Below, one piece after another: positions 1-14,135 of a DNA stretch of 64,000 nucleotides (its first letter is position 1; each line of letters begins with the position of its first letter). The notes under the pieces are model-generated. The model worked only from the letters and a program-made list of their open reading frames with translations, was not told the DNA's origin and ran no database searches. The translations under genes and the position numbers were made by a program. Origin of the DNA: Octopus vulgaris (Eukaryota); the NCBI GenBank assembly GCA_951406725.2, contig OX597828.1, positions 17,050,001 to 17,114,000 on the forward strand, written 5' to 3'.

Positions 1-128
1 ACCAAATCCACTCACGAAGCTCTGGTTGGCCTGAGGCTATAGTAGAAGACACTTGCCCAAGATGCCACGCAGTGGGACTGAACCCGGAACCATGTGTTTG
101 GTAAGCAAGCTACTTACCACACAGCCAC
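1..128 (-). mobile_element. SINE family A (tRNA head plus CORE-like domain), partial at window edge
   Basis: Reverse complement of the head found at 6336, 24114, 39537 and 45398. Confidence 0.85.
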
Positions 129-144
129 ATATATATATATGTAA

Positions 145-224
<80 letters not shown>

Positions 225-2067
225 TTCCTAGCAGTCATTTAGTCCCAGAAGATCTGCTAGCTAGGAGACATATGTAGCCTCTATTTTACCTGCTCCACTC
301 ACTGGATTTGAATTTTTATCTGTGTTCATAGCAACAGAAGATGCTAACCGTGAGCGAAAAGATAATTTTTTTTCAGTTATCGAACTTCGATATGGGCAAA
401 GACTATGACCTTAGAAGTCAATACATAATTACTGTTCCTGTACCACAGACAACTCGAAGCTTACAAACTTCCCACACTTATATATTTGACTCTTATAATT
501 TCATATGTTCGTGCGCGGGCGCATGTGTATGTGTGTGCGTGTGTGTGTGTGTGACGCACTTTCACAGGCTGTCTGCCTACCAAATTCCCTCAGTATTCAA
601 CGCCGAGTTCCAGAACTAAACTAGAAGCCGCCATTTGTTGAAAAAGGTTGCGAAGGAGGTCAAAACCAGAAACCAAGTGTTTGCGAAGGCTACTTCTTAA
701 CCACACAGCCAAGTATGCGCTCATATGATATACTATTATATTTTCTCTCTCCATCACCGTAGATATTAAGAAGCTATCGAAAGTCTATTGAGGCAATATT
801 CGTAACCGACTCTTTTTCATTTTCATGTCCATTGTCTCATTAACATTGTGATTATATCACATTTTCTGTTTTATTAATGACTAAATTCCCATTGGCTATC
901 TTCGTTTACATTGTTAACAGTATTCCACTTAAAACTCACACTGGATTCTACGTCATATGACTACAAAATCTTACGTCACACATTTACGTAATCCTACGTC
1001 ATACACTTTATACAATTTACGTCATCGCCTACCACTTGATTGACAGATATTATTCGACGACCGAATTTTATATTATAACTTAGAGGAATAACAGAATTGC
1101 ATATTGCTATATATTTTTGTGTGTCCATTTTGTGTCTGTGTGTCTGTTGAATTCATACTAAATATGATATTAGGAATATTGTTATATTATCTATTTCGAT
1201 GCAATTTTTCAGCCAAATTCTATACTAAATATAGATTAGTATACAACAACCCCGCTCGCACCAAATGTTTACATCAATACAGATTCATTTTCTGACCTTC
1301 CATAGTTCTTGGCGACTTCCTCATTTGTATTTTCTATTTAACTCTCCCAAAGACCTAATAATATCTTGAATAGAAATTTCCATCTATTAAACTATTGCGC
1401 AAAATAATCCTTTGTACTATCGAAACATCGCTCTCAGAACTGCAGTGGAATTAATTTCATCGGCCCTAAAAGGACAAAACAGGAAGTTGATCACGGTGGA
1501 ATTTGAACTCAGAACGTAAAGACAGGCGAAATACTGCTAAGCTTTTGGCCTTGCGTGTCAGCAGTTCTGCTTTCCCGCCGTCTTGCATTTGCTTAAATTA
1601 ATCTTTTCTGCTATGGGCACAAAGTCTGAAGGGATTCGGGTGGTTATTCGATTGCATCGACCCTAGTACGCGAGTGCTACATTTTTAAATCGACCCCGAA
1701 AATATGAAAGGTAAATTTGCCCCAATAGAATTTGAACTCAGAACGTAAAGACGGAGAAAAGTGGCACTAAGTAGGTCGTCCATCGCGTTAACTCTTCTGC
1801 CAGTCGTCGGCTTACTGGTGCATGAAATACGAGACATGTTTTTGTGGTTGCACCATGTTACAACACAGGTGATTTGTATTAACTTTTATTACGGCGCCCC
1901 TTGGACAAGTGTCTCCTACTCTAGCCACGACATGACCAATGACTTCTTTATTTAGACCTCATAGGCTAAATTAACTGACGAAACCTTTAATCAAATCTAA
2001 TCTGTCCATTGATATCTCGTCTCTACCTTTTCTAGGATTAGAAATTCCAGTATAATCTTCCCTTAAT

Positions 2068-2412
2068 TATGGCCCATGGCTCAGTGGTTAGACCATCGGG
2101 TTCAAAACCAAGAGGTAGGGAGTTCGATTCCCGGACAGGGCTGTGTATTGTGTTCTTGAGATATTTTATTTCACGTTGCCCCAGTTTACTCAGCTGTAGA
2201 AATGCGTTGCGACTTCATTGGTGCCCATCTTTATTGACATTTGCCTTTTCCTTGCATGACATCGGTGGCGTGAACAGGGGGGGGGGGCTGGTATGAATGG
2301 GCGACTGCTGGTCTTTCATAAACAACTTTGCCCGGACTTGTGCCTCAGAAGGGGTGTTTCTAGGGGTAATCTCATGCTCATTCATGACCGAAAGGATCTT
2401 TGCGCTTTATCC
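2068..2412 (+). mobile_element. SINE family C (tRNA head, TGTGTTCTTGAGCAA..CACTCAGCTG body)
   Basis: A box TGGCTCAGTGG, B box GTTCGATTCC; homologous to 3601-3905 and 59390-59630. More decayed copies near 12355-12580, 13105-13350, 14655-14870 and 19010-19270. Confidence 0.8.
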
Positions 2413-3334
2413 TTTACTGATGGCGGTAATATAAGTTTTGTGAGAGATTTATGATTGCTTTTTCTCGCAGGGTGAGTGACCACGTAAAAGCAATCCTATA
2501 TGCTTATCGGCCTCAGTGCTACGTATAAGCTTTGGGAATTAATTGTTTTGGTCACGGACAAAATGCACAGTTTGTTCGCTGTAGTTATGAACCCAGGTGT
2601 GTGTATATATCGCGACCACACAGTACGTTTCATCAAACATCTAAGCTTTGCGATTTTACTCGTTTTAAGGCGATAAATCGTGTGATTTCAGACTGATTTT
2701 GCTATTGTCTTTAGCAGGTCGATTGATCGTATATAGACCAAGTCTTTTGACTCAACAAACCGCTCACATACGGACTATTTCTTTAGTTATCTACAGCTAT
2801 CCTCGCTCTTGATCTACAACTACATGTGGACTCTGTTCCAAAATACTTATCGATTTCTTGAAAACAACGTTTACAACACTTGAATTAGCTTCATGAACCT
2901 GCTTCTAGTTTATACATAATGAAGGTCTTTAAATATATTATTTGAACCGAACAGAAAAACAATCCTTGGTTCCTGTGACCAGCTCCATTACGAATGATAC
3001 ATCTATTTTTGTTTTTTATTTCACAAATATAATTGTTTCAACGTCGAACACATCCAGTTCATATATTCGTTATTATTAATATATTTGTGTACAACGATAT
3101 AGTTTCTTCTCATCTCCGCTGAACTTATCTAACTATTATATCTGTATTACTCCCCAAACCAGAATATATAACAATGTACAACGAAGGAAAAGAATCGTAT
3201 TCTTTGCACAATTAACTTTATTAAATAACATTTCCCTATTTACTTGTATAATCTAGAGTAGACTATTATAATATTCCCGTTGTAAGATGGAGGGTGTTAT
3301 ATTATTTATCAAGAAAGGAAGAAAAAAAAACGGT

Positions 3335-3545
3335 AGGCTGGCAGTATCTTTAGTAAGCCGGTCAAAATGCTGAGCGGCATTTCCCCTGTCTTTACGTTCG
3401 AGGTTCAGATTCCACCGAGGTCAACATTGTCGCTCATTCTTTCAGGATCGATAAAATAAGTACCAATTGAGCACTTAGTTCGATGTGATCGTCTCATCAA
3501 TTCCCCCGAAACTGCTGGCCTGGTAACAAAATTTGAAACCATTAT
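3335..3545 (+). mobile_element. SINE family D (GCCTTTCATCCTTTCGGGGTCGATAAA core)
   Basis: Homologous to 22945-23155 and 38456-39035. Other decayed copies at ~1440-1810 (-), 6815-7030 (-), 15105-15325 (+) and 63895-64000 (-). Confidence 0.75.
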
Positions 3546-3600
3546 TTACGAAGAAAATGGCGGTGTATAACAGAAAGAACGAAGTGACACACAAAATAAA

Positions 3601-3905
3601 AGACCCCCTTCGGTCATGAATGACCATGGGATTGCACCTAGAAAGTTACCCTTCTAGACACAAGTCCGGGCAAGGTTGTTTATGGAAGACCAGCAGTCGC
3701 CCATGCATACCGGCCTCCCCTCTCCATGCCACCAGTGTTATCCAAGGGAAAGGCAAAGGGGCCGATAGAGCTTGGCACCCGTGACATCGCAACTCATTTC
3801 TACAGCTGAGTGAACTGGAGCAACGTGAAATAAAGTGCTTTGCTCAAGAACACAACGCGCAGGCCGGTCCGGGATTCGAGCTCACAACCTCACGATCGTA
3901 AGCTC
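3601..3905 (-). mobile_element. SINE family C
   Basis: Reverse complement of 2068-2412. Confidence 0.8.
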
Positions 3906-4212
3906 TGGTATTTAGTTGCTGCTTTTTTTCTTTTACATTCTGTGTTCGAGATTTCACTTTACTCTTAGGTCGATAAAATAAATTCCAATTAAATGCTGCT
4001 GATCGATATATTACATATTTAATTGGATTTGCATCCGTGTTAGAATTAGTTATTTATGAAAGAACACCGCCAAGTACATCATATCCATCTTATGAAGACT
4101 TGCTATGGTAAGAGTCCCAGCTTGAGGGGGCCGTTGTGAAATAAAGGACGCCTTTTAGGCCTGGCAGTAGCATCCGTCTGTAGATCTGAACTCAACGGAT
4201 TTCTACCAGTGT

Positions 4213-4262
<50 letters not shown>

Positions 4263-5211
4263 AAGAGAGATCGAATGGGAGAGAGACTGGGAATGAAGAT
4301 AGAAACAGAGAGGAGGAGAGTGAGAAAAGAGAGAAAAAGAGGAAGGGAGACGGAAGGAAGTAGTGTATGGTATGTTCCACCGAATCACTGCGTCATTTTA
4401 GCGAATTGCATTCTGTTGTAAGCGTTCGGGTTACGTTTCCAATCTTAGTTTTCCTTCTTTCCTCCCTACCTTCCTCCTCAATATTCTGGGTGGTCATGTA
4501 AGACATCCTTAAGGCACCCCTTCTCCTACCCACCAATTATATCCTCAAAAAAGCTCAAGAAACAAAATAGAAAATCTGCAAAATAGGTACAGACGTGGTT
4601 GTGTGGTTAAGAAGACCGCTTTGCAGCCACGTGGTTTCAGATTCACTACTACGACGTGGCACCAAGGGCATATGGCAGCGACGGTGTACATATATATATA
4701 TATATATACAACTTATAAATAAGGCTAAAGAAAATTATTTCTATGTCAATATGCTGATAACAGACTTTTAAATCGTCAATTTCCACATATTATTTACTCG
4801 CTACAGAAAACACGTAGAGCTGAAATCGAGGAAAGCTAGCCAACAGAATTTTTTTTTTTTTAAATTCGTTATTTCTACATTGAATCAATTTCGGAATTAA
4901 TCTCATAATAGATTTTTTCCTCTACAGTAGAAAATACAAAAAGATATAAATAAAATACTTACATGCACCCATGGAAAAAAGCCGAAGTAAAAATCATGAG
5001 TACATATAAGTACCCCAGATACTACGTGTATATATAACAAACTTTGGATGTAGAACAAACAATAAATTTAAGGTCCTGAAATCTGTTGTTTTTTCTACAA
5101 CCAAATATTGTTATACTCGTCTCATTTACTTGAACACTTCTATAGCAGTCCTATGAACCCTATTGTTCCTAATAAAAAACAATCACTATGTAACTTCAAA
5201 AATATTATAAA

Positions 5212-5395
5212 AACTGTTGCTCAGAGTTTCACGTCCTCGTTCATCGGAACCAGAACTGACCGATGAACAGGAATGTGAAACTCCGAGTAACAGTCTTTGT
5301 GATGCTTTGCAGCTATATTAATAAAGCATATTACTCTACTTCCGGTATTCAAGTACTATTTTTCCCCACCTTGTTTCACATATATGTGCTTACAT
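5212..5395 (+). mobile_element. Penelope-like terminal remnant with inverted hammerhead-like motifs
   Basis: CCGATGA-ACA..TGT-GAAAC-TCCGA-GTA-ACAG at 5254-5294 with an inverted copy at 5214-5248; downstream sequence homologous to 19555-19630. Confidence 0.55.
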
Positions 5396-5626
5396 ACATG
5401 CATACACACGGATAGAGATTTTGACGTCTATATCTAGCATATTGACTGTCCACTTTTAGTGGTCAGTCCTTTAAATTTTGTATGTAAAGAATATTTTTAA
5501 TCTTCGGATTTTTTTAATATGCTAGGTCACTGGTTTTAATTGATTAATATCAATTTCTACCCTTATTCAATTATATATATATATATAAGCATATATGTGT
5601 ATATTTATATATACAAACACACACGA

Positions 5627-5667
<41 letters not shown>

Positions 5668-6129
5668 CACACAGACACACACACACATATATATATATAC
5701 ATACTAAATCGTATATGTATATGTGTGTGTATATGTTCTTGCTTGTCACCTGGCCCGCTTGACAGTTACTGCTTATGTCAACCTAACACATTGGTTCGTT
5801 AAAATAAACTAGATAATAGAATACGAACCGGATTTTAAACCAACGTTCGATTTTGTTTTCTACTAAAACCGTCAAGTCGATGCTCCATCTTGAGCGCAAT
5901 CCAATCAGTGAAAAATGTAAAAGATATTGATTGATTTCGAATATAAGCACAAATGTCACAAATTCTAATCGTAGCATATAGCAGATTAAATTAACCCCAG
6001 TATTTGACTGATGCAGTAATTTATCGAACTCGGTATGAAGACATGCTTGATTTAGGAAAGAATTGATTGCAAGACGTAAAGGGACATAACTTCGTGTTTG
6101 ATTTAGTTACAATAAAATCGGAAGCATCA

Positions 6130-6751
6130 ACGAGAGGGTACTGAAAATTTCTTGGATTTAAGGGTGTCGTGAAAGGCCTAGTTGCAGGCCCAAACTTGCG
6201 TGCTTTTTTACAGAACTTAGAAAGACTATGAGATCACTGCAATAAGTGTTTGAATCTGAGGGAGTAATATGTTTTATAAAATCATAATTAACTGATCTTC
6301 CTGTAATTTGTTTTGACCAAAGGTAGAAATATTCAGCAGGAGTGGCTGTGTGGTAAGTAGCTTGCTAACCAACCACATGGTTCCGGGTTCAGTCCCACTG
6401 CGTGGCACCTTGGGCATGTGTCTTCTGCTATAGCCCCGGGCCGACCAATGCCTTGTGAGTGGATTTGGTAGACGGAAACTGAAAGAAGCCTGTCGTATAT
6501 ATGTATATATATATATGTATATGTTTGTGTGTCTGTGTTTGTACGCCTAGCATTGCTTGACAACCGATGCTGGTGTGTTTACGTCCCCGTTACTTAGCGG
6601 TTCGGCAAAAGAGACCGATAGAATAAGTACTGGGCTTACAAAGAATAAGTCCCGGGGTCGATTTGCTCGACTAAAGGTGGTGCTCCAGCATGGCCGCAGT
6701 CAAATTGCTGAAACAAGTAAAAGAGAGAAAAAGAGAGAGTAACCCCTCGAA
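6130..6751 (+). mobile_element. Mariner-derived MITE with a SINE inserted in its right TIR
   Basis: Left end ACGAGAGGGTACTGAAAATTTC; right end split as ..AATATTCAGCA | SINE | ACCCCTCG. Internal remnant translates HCNKCLNLRE*YVL*, resembling the mariner transposase C-terminus (KC...GxYVE). Confidence 0.6.
6336..6740 (+). mobile_element. SINE family A, near full length
   Basis: A box TGGCTGTGTGG, B box GGTTCAGTCCC, CORE-like GCACCTTGGGCA, internal (TA)n(TG)n, 3' AAAGAG repeats; many near-identical copies in the window. Confidence 0.9.
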
Positions 6752-9259
6752 CGCAGTTTATCAACTCGCAACAAATAACAGCTAAATCAGGCTCAGATAG
6801 GAAGATATCCGGGTCCCATTTTGGATAGTAATACTTTCTGATTTTGTCACAAGGCCAGCAATTCTGAGTGGGGAGGACACGCTGATTACATCGACTCAAG
6901 TATTCAATGACTTTTGTCGACCCCTGAAGGACGAAATGCAAGGTAATGTGAAATTAGAAATTAAGAAGCTAGAAAAAAATGCTTTATGCATTTTGTCCAA
7001 CGTTCCTTAATGATTCAGCCAGCTCGTTACTTAACGTAGATTGGATAATAATTAGTCTTAAACGAAGTGACTGAATGAAAAAACACAAGATGATCATAGC
7101 CAGAACGTCCTTGATCATACTTATGCTCACTCAATGCTGACCTGGGGCTAAATACCAACAACTGTAAAACATTAAATGCGTTTCTTTGCAATTTCAGCTA
7201 ACTCCCTCCATTACTCATTTATGGATTAATGTTCTTTATGCTTCTTCTTTCTATGTTTATGTTTGTTGTTCTTTTTTTTTTATTTCAATCCTTGCATATT
7301 TTCTGATGGTGGATTTAAATCGATTTCATTGGAATTTCAATGCAAAAGAGCAAACAATAAGGCTTTTAGTCTGACGTTGTAGAACATCTTCCAACTCCCA
7401 TTTCAAGAACGACTATTGGCTGCTTTTTGTTGTTGTTGCTGCTGTTGTTGTTCTTGCCACTGTTGTTGATGTTTCTGTTGTTGTTGTTGTTTCTTTTCTT
7501 TGCTCTTACTGGTTTCGTCTTTGTTGCTGTTGCTGTTTGGGTTCTTAGTTGTTGTTGTTATTTTCAGTATTGTGGTGGTTATCGTCCCTGATACCGTTGT
7601 TGTTGTCATCGTCATCGCTTTCGTCGATGCCGCTGCTATTGTTGTTGTTGCTGTTGTCTTTGTCATCGTCGTCATCGAAATTGCTATTATTGTTGCTATT
7701 CAGGTTGTTAACGTCATCGTCATCACCATCAACGGTGTCATCATTGTATATTGTTGCAGTTATTATTGCATAGCTACAGATATACCTCCACCCCGATCTA
7801 GTAGTACAATGGTCAGAGGCGTGTCAACCGTGACCATCTTGTCTTTTTATATTACCACGATCTATTGTGCTTTTCCTTTCTATAAGACAATAATGTATAA
7901 ATCGAGGAATATTGTTCTGTTATATCTAGCAGATTCGAGCGAACGCATTCCGACTCCTTCGTTGACTCGAATTACACAGGTGGAGCATTTTAGACGATTG
8001 AATCGGAACCAGTGTATTACTGGTATTCAGCGCTGTCTTAGCAGCATTGTATTCCGGAGAAGTTAATGCGCAGAGACCTATAGTATTTATTTATTTATTT
8101 ATTGACAGCAAAGCAAATGAAACATAGAATTAGGCCCTAAACCTAAGAGGCCCCTGGGCGACATTCCTGTGTGCACATGCCCGAGGATAGCATCGATCCC
8201 GGAGATTTAGGATTACAATACAAAACCTATGCAATTGGAATTTGAACTTAGAAAGTAGAGAAAAATAGCGAAGGCATCTAGATTAGGATATTGAGATTAC
8301 GAACTTTACCTTTTCTTTCACTTCACAGTCTTAAATCATGATATGCTTCTGAAGAATTCTCTTTTACGCGTGACTATAACAGGAACGTGGCGTATTCCCT
8401 TTAGACCGAATCCACTACTTGGCTGATTTCTGTTTCTAATTGAAGACATCTTCGTATACGTTATTAATTCCCTTGTCAATTGAAGGGGAACTTCGAAACC
8501 CTTCTAAAAACAAAGAGCTGTTTACATCAAGTTGAAACAACCCAGTATAGAATGGAAGATTCCGAAAGTTTCGCTTTTAAATCTATGTTTCATACGAGTG
8601 GGCTGATAATATAAAGTAATATAACAACACTGGCCAAACCAACAAAGGCAGCATTAACTACTTCTAAGTTAATATAAATAACACTATAATGAACAGTAGA
8701 ACGAAAGACCAGAGGGTATATTAAAGGAATGCTTTAACTGTAATTACATCGTAGATTTATTAAATTTTCTGAAATCATTTAATACTGGAGAATATTTTGG
8801 TGATTTTTATGATACTTGTTTCAGTTCGGTACAGCTAGAAATGTTACAGTAAAGTTTCGAAATTCTTTAGATAATTCCACCTCCGTCTAAAACAATGCCT
8901 TATGGTAAAAATAGCAAATTATAGAAAGTTCTTAATGCAGTTGGATGATTTACAATCGAGTGGTTTGCCTAGAGTTATCATAATGTCGCATTCAGCAAAT
9001 GCTTCTGTATAAAGTCACTAACCGTACAGAGACTGAAGCAGAATGATAACGGCTTAATTGGTTGTAACTAATAAACTACCTTCCACGCAAGTGAATGAAA
9101 AAGTTCGCTTTTAACAATCTAAGTGCACATGGATCAGTGGAATTATCTTCTTTTAGCTTTCACTATAATCAATATCGTTTTCTTACAGGGGAATCTTTGT
9201 TTTAACATTTGCGGCGGCTCAGGCTGCATGGCTCGAAGACTGAAGTCTAGTTGCAAGTC

Positions 9260-9640
9260 TTTATCATCACCATCATCGTCGTCGTCGTCATCATCATCAT
9301 CATCATCATCATAATCATCACTTTCCCCTTCCTCCTCCTCATCATCACCATCATCATTGTTACTACCACCACTACCACCACCGTTGCTGCTGCCGTCATC
9401 AAATTCGTCGTCGTCGTCATCATCGACATCATGATGATGATCATCATCATTATCACCATCATCGTCCTCATCAGCAGCATCACTAGCACCATCATCAACA
9501 CTATCACCGACACCGCCACCGTCCGTCATCATCATCATCATCATCATCATCATCGTCGTCATCGTAGTCGTCATCATCATAATCAGCAGCCACAGCAGCG
9601 AGATCATCATCATCATCATCATCATCATCATCGTTATCAT
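9260..9640. repeat. (CAT/CGT/CAC)n trinucleotide low-complexity tract
   Basis: Directly visible. Similar tracts at 7410-7770, 28320-28545, 42181-42345, 49500-49930 and 60500-60840. Confidence 0.9.
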
Positions 9641-10513
9641 CTTCGGCCTCATTACCGGTGTGAGACTTTGCGAAGACGCGAGGAACGAGAGAAATAAAAA
9701 GAAATCGAAGAAAAGAAGGAGGAAAAAAAAAAGGCAAACGAAGTTTGATGTCGAATGATGTGAAACAACGACAATAGCATTACTTAATATCTCACAAGAT
9801 AAAATATCATAAAACAATGTCGTTAATGATAATGGCTGCGATAATGAAATATAATGAAACAAAGACAAAGATAATAAAAATATATAAAATACAATAAAAA
9901 AAGGAAAGGACTATAAGACATGTATAGCAAGGACAATATATAAAATGATATAATTAAATGAAGCAATGGCGATAATAAATATGGCTGTACTTCTAGCTCC
10001 ATCTTTCACGTTTCCATTTAAGCAATATTGTTATGTGCAATTGGGAGAGTGCCGGGAGGTGATATGTAATTGAGTGGCTGAGATGGATAGAGTACGAAAC
10101 GAAAGAGAAGAGCATTTAGCGAATGACAGTTCGTATCCTATTATCGTTACTACGTTGTGCGTCTGTCGTCGCCAAAACGTTAAAAATCGATCCTCTGAAA
10201 CCTAAGAAGCTGTAAATGTGTACCACATGGTTTTGCAAAAACCTTGCTGCCAGTTAGTAGTGGTGGTGTCGTCCTATGCTTATTTTCGCTAAGTATGTTC
10301 AATAAAGATTTTTGCTGTCGTTGTTGTTATTGTCGTTTCTGCTGAGCCCCCCGGTCCATCTTCATCGGAAGACTCTCGAACTCCGTCATTACATACGTGT
10401 GTGTGTGTATGTTTGTGTGTTTGTGTGTGTGTGTGTGTGTGTGTATGTGTGTGTGTGTATATAAACGTACTTGGAAATGGAAGCATTGCCTTCAATCATA
10501 TAACAATATAAAT

Positions 10514-10564
<51 letters not shown>

Positions 10565-10641
10565 TGACGTCCTATACATACATATATGCATACATATATA
10601 TACATATATAAGTATGTAATTTATGACGCATGTATATATGC

Positions 10642-10702
<61 letters not shown>

Positions 10703-11914
10703 TGTATTTATGTTTATATATATCAGGGACTACATTCTTCAAGGCGTTTTCATTTTTTAAGACAGTAGGTGAGTAATTTGTGTGAGGCTTTCTTTCTATT
10801 TCTAGCAATGTGAGACTACGATAGAAAGTAACGGACTCACACGTTTTTTTTTGTGTTTTTTGTTGTTTATTTTCCAACCGTGCCACGCTTGTACCTATAT
10901 TTAAAGTTCACGACATCATTACTGAATATTTTTTTTATCAAGTGTGTAATTTATATATAAAACATCATGACACTCCCAACTAATGTGTTCAATACCCTAG
11001 GGAAACGAGATACCGCAACTGGAAACCATTGAGAAAGAAAATAAAAAAAAAAGACGGACCCTCGTTGAATCGGTGCTAACCAACCTCCCAGTTATGATTC
11101 AAAACTGCTAATGGAATATTTAAAGGAATTATTGCAAGTGTATTCGTCAATCAGCTGCAAACGCTATGTAATATGTTTTCCTACTTTGCCTCATAGAACT
11201 GCCATATTGGAGGTGTTAAGCTATGTTTAGGACTTAGTCCGTGACAATGGTTCGCATCTCTTGGAGACCTGTCGTGGTATGCCTGAGATACCCACAACAC
11301 ACTACTTAATGAATCATTATTCGGTAATGTAATTTATGTGCCATTAAGGTTTATAAAATTGTTCGTTTCTTTTCTGATTTTCAAGCCTTGCTTCACACAA
11401 CTATATTGTATTATAGCGAGTAATGAAAACACCGACTGACGAAACAACTACTGAAAAATGTATGGAAGAACAAATAGAATATCAAATAAATTATAGTGAT
11501 TTATTTCTAAAAAGGAAATGGCCCTTACTTTGCTTTGCTTTGCTCTTAACACTTCAAGGTGACGGAGGGGTGCTTGCATTCGCAACGTGCCATACGGCAT
11601 GTGCTGTGTGTTTTAGGCCTGACTGAACACATATTTCTCTTCATCTTTCTTTCTTTCTGTCTGTCTTTCTTTCTTCTACGAAGTGAAAAGAGAGAAAAAG
11701 AGAGACAGCAAGAAAGAAATGTCGAGAAGAATGGATTCCTGGCAGGACCGATACTATATTTGCATTTGCAGCTCTGAAAGAATGAAAGGCAAAGCTGACC
11801 TCATTGAAGTTTAATTCAAGACGTAGAGACCTGGAATGAGTAGCAGTATGCAAACCTTTCGATGATTAAACGAGTCGACTAAATAGTCTTTAAGGAAGTG
11901 GGTATATTGAATTG

Positions 11915-12306
11915 GTGGAGGCGCAATGGCCCAGTGGTTAGGACAGCGGACTCGCGGTCACAGGATCGCGGTTTCGATTCCCAGACCGGGCGTTGTGAGT
12001 GTTTATTGAGCGAAAACACCTAAAGCTCCACGAGGCTCCGGCAGGGGATGGTGGTGATCCCTGCTGTACTCTTTCACCACAACTTTCTCTCACTCTTACT
12101 TCCTGTTTCTGTTGTACCTGTGTTTCAAAGGGCCGGCCTTGTCACTCTCTGTGTCACGCTGAATATCCCCGAGAACTACGTTAAGGGTACACGTGTCTGT
12201 GGAGTGCTCAGCCACTTACACGTTAATTTCACGAGCAGGCTGTTCCGTTGATTCGGATCAACCGGAACCCTCGTCGTCGTAACCGACGGAGTGCTTCCTA
12301 AAAAAA
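11915..12306 (+). mobile_element. SINE family B (tRNA-derived), full length with A tail and 11-bp TSD
   Basis: A box TGGCCCAGTGG, B box GTTTCGATTCC; ATATTGAATTG at 11904-11914 and 12307-12317. Confidence 0.9.
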
Positions 12307-13967
12307 ATATTGAATTGACTTTAGTTACAGGTTTATGATAATAGAGTAGACTTATGGAGGCGCATGGACTCATGATCGTAAGATTGTGGTTTCGAATCCT
12401 GGATCGCGAAATGCGCTGTGTTCTTGAGCAAAACACTTCATTTCACGTCGCTCCAGTCCACTCAGCTGGCAGAAATGAGTATTCCTGCGACGAACCGGCG
12501 TCCCACCCAGGTGGGGAAATTTATATGTAATGGAAACCGACCCTTATGAGTCTGCATGACTCGAGAAGGTAACTTTACTGGAGCAGACCTTTCCTAACAG
12601 GTAAGCAAGACGTGACTCTCTAGTCTTATCGTCGGGAATAGACTATTCTAAAATAATTACATTTTATACAACTATCTTTTCTTGTTTCCAAAACAGTGGA
12701 GTTTCCTTTGAGAGAAATTTGGCTGCTATTTCTATCCCTCAATCGTTTACAACAACTATCCGCTATCCACAGTGCTTGCCTTGTGACAAAATTTAAAACA
12801 ATATTACTGCTTTTTGGTTTGGCTGTTACTGCTTAATCCCCAGTTCATGCTTGATTGAGAGGACAACTGATTGAAGGATTTCCAACCATGACTTTTCCGT
12901 CTTTCAATGAGCATGTCTGGGGATCCATTCATATCCAGTTGTAGTATATGATATGAGGAAGCATTCTTACTATTTCAAGCAGATCGTGCGACCACGTTAA
13001 GGCTCTCATAAGACAAGATAATAGGGTCAAAATGAACGACGATAGAGATGAAATATTTTGCGATATTTAGATATGTCTCTTCAAATTCTAGATAAAGGTA
13101 CATAACCTTGTGGTAGGATGCTGCAATCACAATCACAAGGTCGATGTTTCCAGTCTCAGACCGGGCGTTACGTTGTGTTCTTGAGCAAAACACTTCATTT
13201 TAATTTACTGCAGTTCACTCAGCTTTAAATTAATAGCCCTGATTCGGACGGGATTCCCATTCAGGAGGAATGTTGGAATCTCGATCACAGATACTTTATG
13301 GAAACCAGGCAACGAGCAACCATGAGTCCTTGAACTTGAGAGAAGACTTACTTTAAATTCTGAGTTTCGAATCCCATCGAAAACATCTCTTAATTTCATT
13401 CCTTCCAGAATCTTTAAGGTATCATTTCAGTATTAACATAGGTCTACTCAGATGTAACTACTCGCCATAGTTAAAGCCTTGCACTTTGGTAACAAATCAG
13501 TGCAATTGGTTATTTGCTCACCCAACATCTTTGGACATGTGACTATAATACGCGTATCTAGAAAGAAAAAACAAAAACAAAACGGCATCAGAGAAATGAA
13601 GTACAAATGGATGGCAGTGAGATTTTTAACTTCTGACTAAGAATAATGAAATTAAATGTTACAGGACATATCGACTAGTGCTACACGCTTATAGACGTTT
13701 TCAAATACATACATATACAAAACACACATACTATACATACATACATACGCTGGTATAAGTAATATTGATTTTATCCCCCAGTAAATAACAAAGTCAATTA
13801 GCGCAGCTGAAGGGCGTAACGGACTGAATACGGTGCAGACACTTTGTGTGTACAATTGTTTGTCTTTCTCTCGGTATGTTTAGACGACGTGTGCGTATGT
13901 CTCTTCCTGTCTTTGACTGACACTCACTCACTCACTCAGATTCTGTGACTTTATTCCCAGTTGTTGT

Positions 13968-14041
<74 letters not shown>

Positions 14042-14081
14042 CATCTATCTATATATATTTCCATCTCTCTCTCTATCTCTT

Positions 14082-14135
<54 letters not shown>

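Noticed and set aside
53-277. Recurrent peptide [25 protein letters not shown] in several ORFs, suggesting a gene family
   Set aside because: It is the antisense translation of the family A SINE head.
7403-8066. ORFs of 74-188 aa with poly-V/poly-T/poly-Q (apparent transmembrane protein)
   Set aside because: They are translations of (GTT/CAT)n trinucleotide tracts, open in several frames on both strands.
9189-9243. Possible plus-strand terminal exon GIFVLTFAAAQAAWLED* after TTTCTTACAG
   Set aside because: Too short, with no supporting upstream exon; indistinguishable from chance.
9143-9868. 241-aa acidic/poly-M ORF and overlapping His-rich ORFs
   Set aside because: (CAT)n low complexity lacks stops by construction; there is no domain signal.
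11915-11995. Possible tRNA gene (also the heads at 2068, 6336 and 38057)
   Set aside because: A/B boxes are present, but each continues into a multi-copy SINE body, with TSDs in some copies, and lacks a complete cloverleaf.
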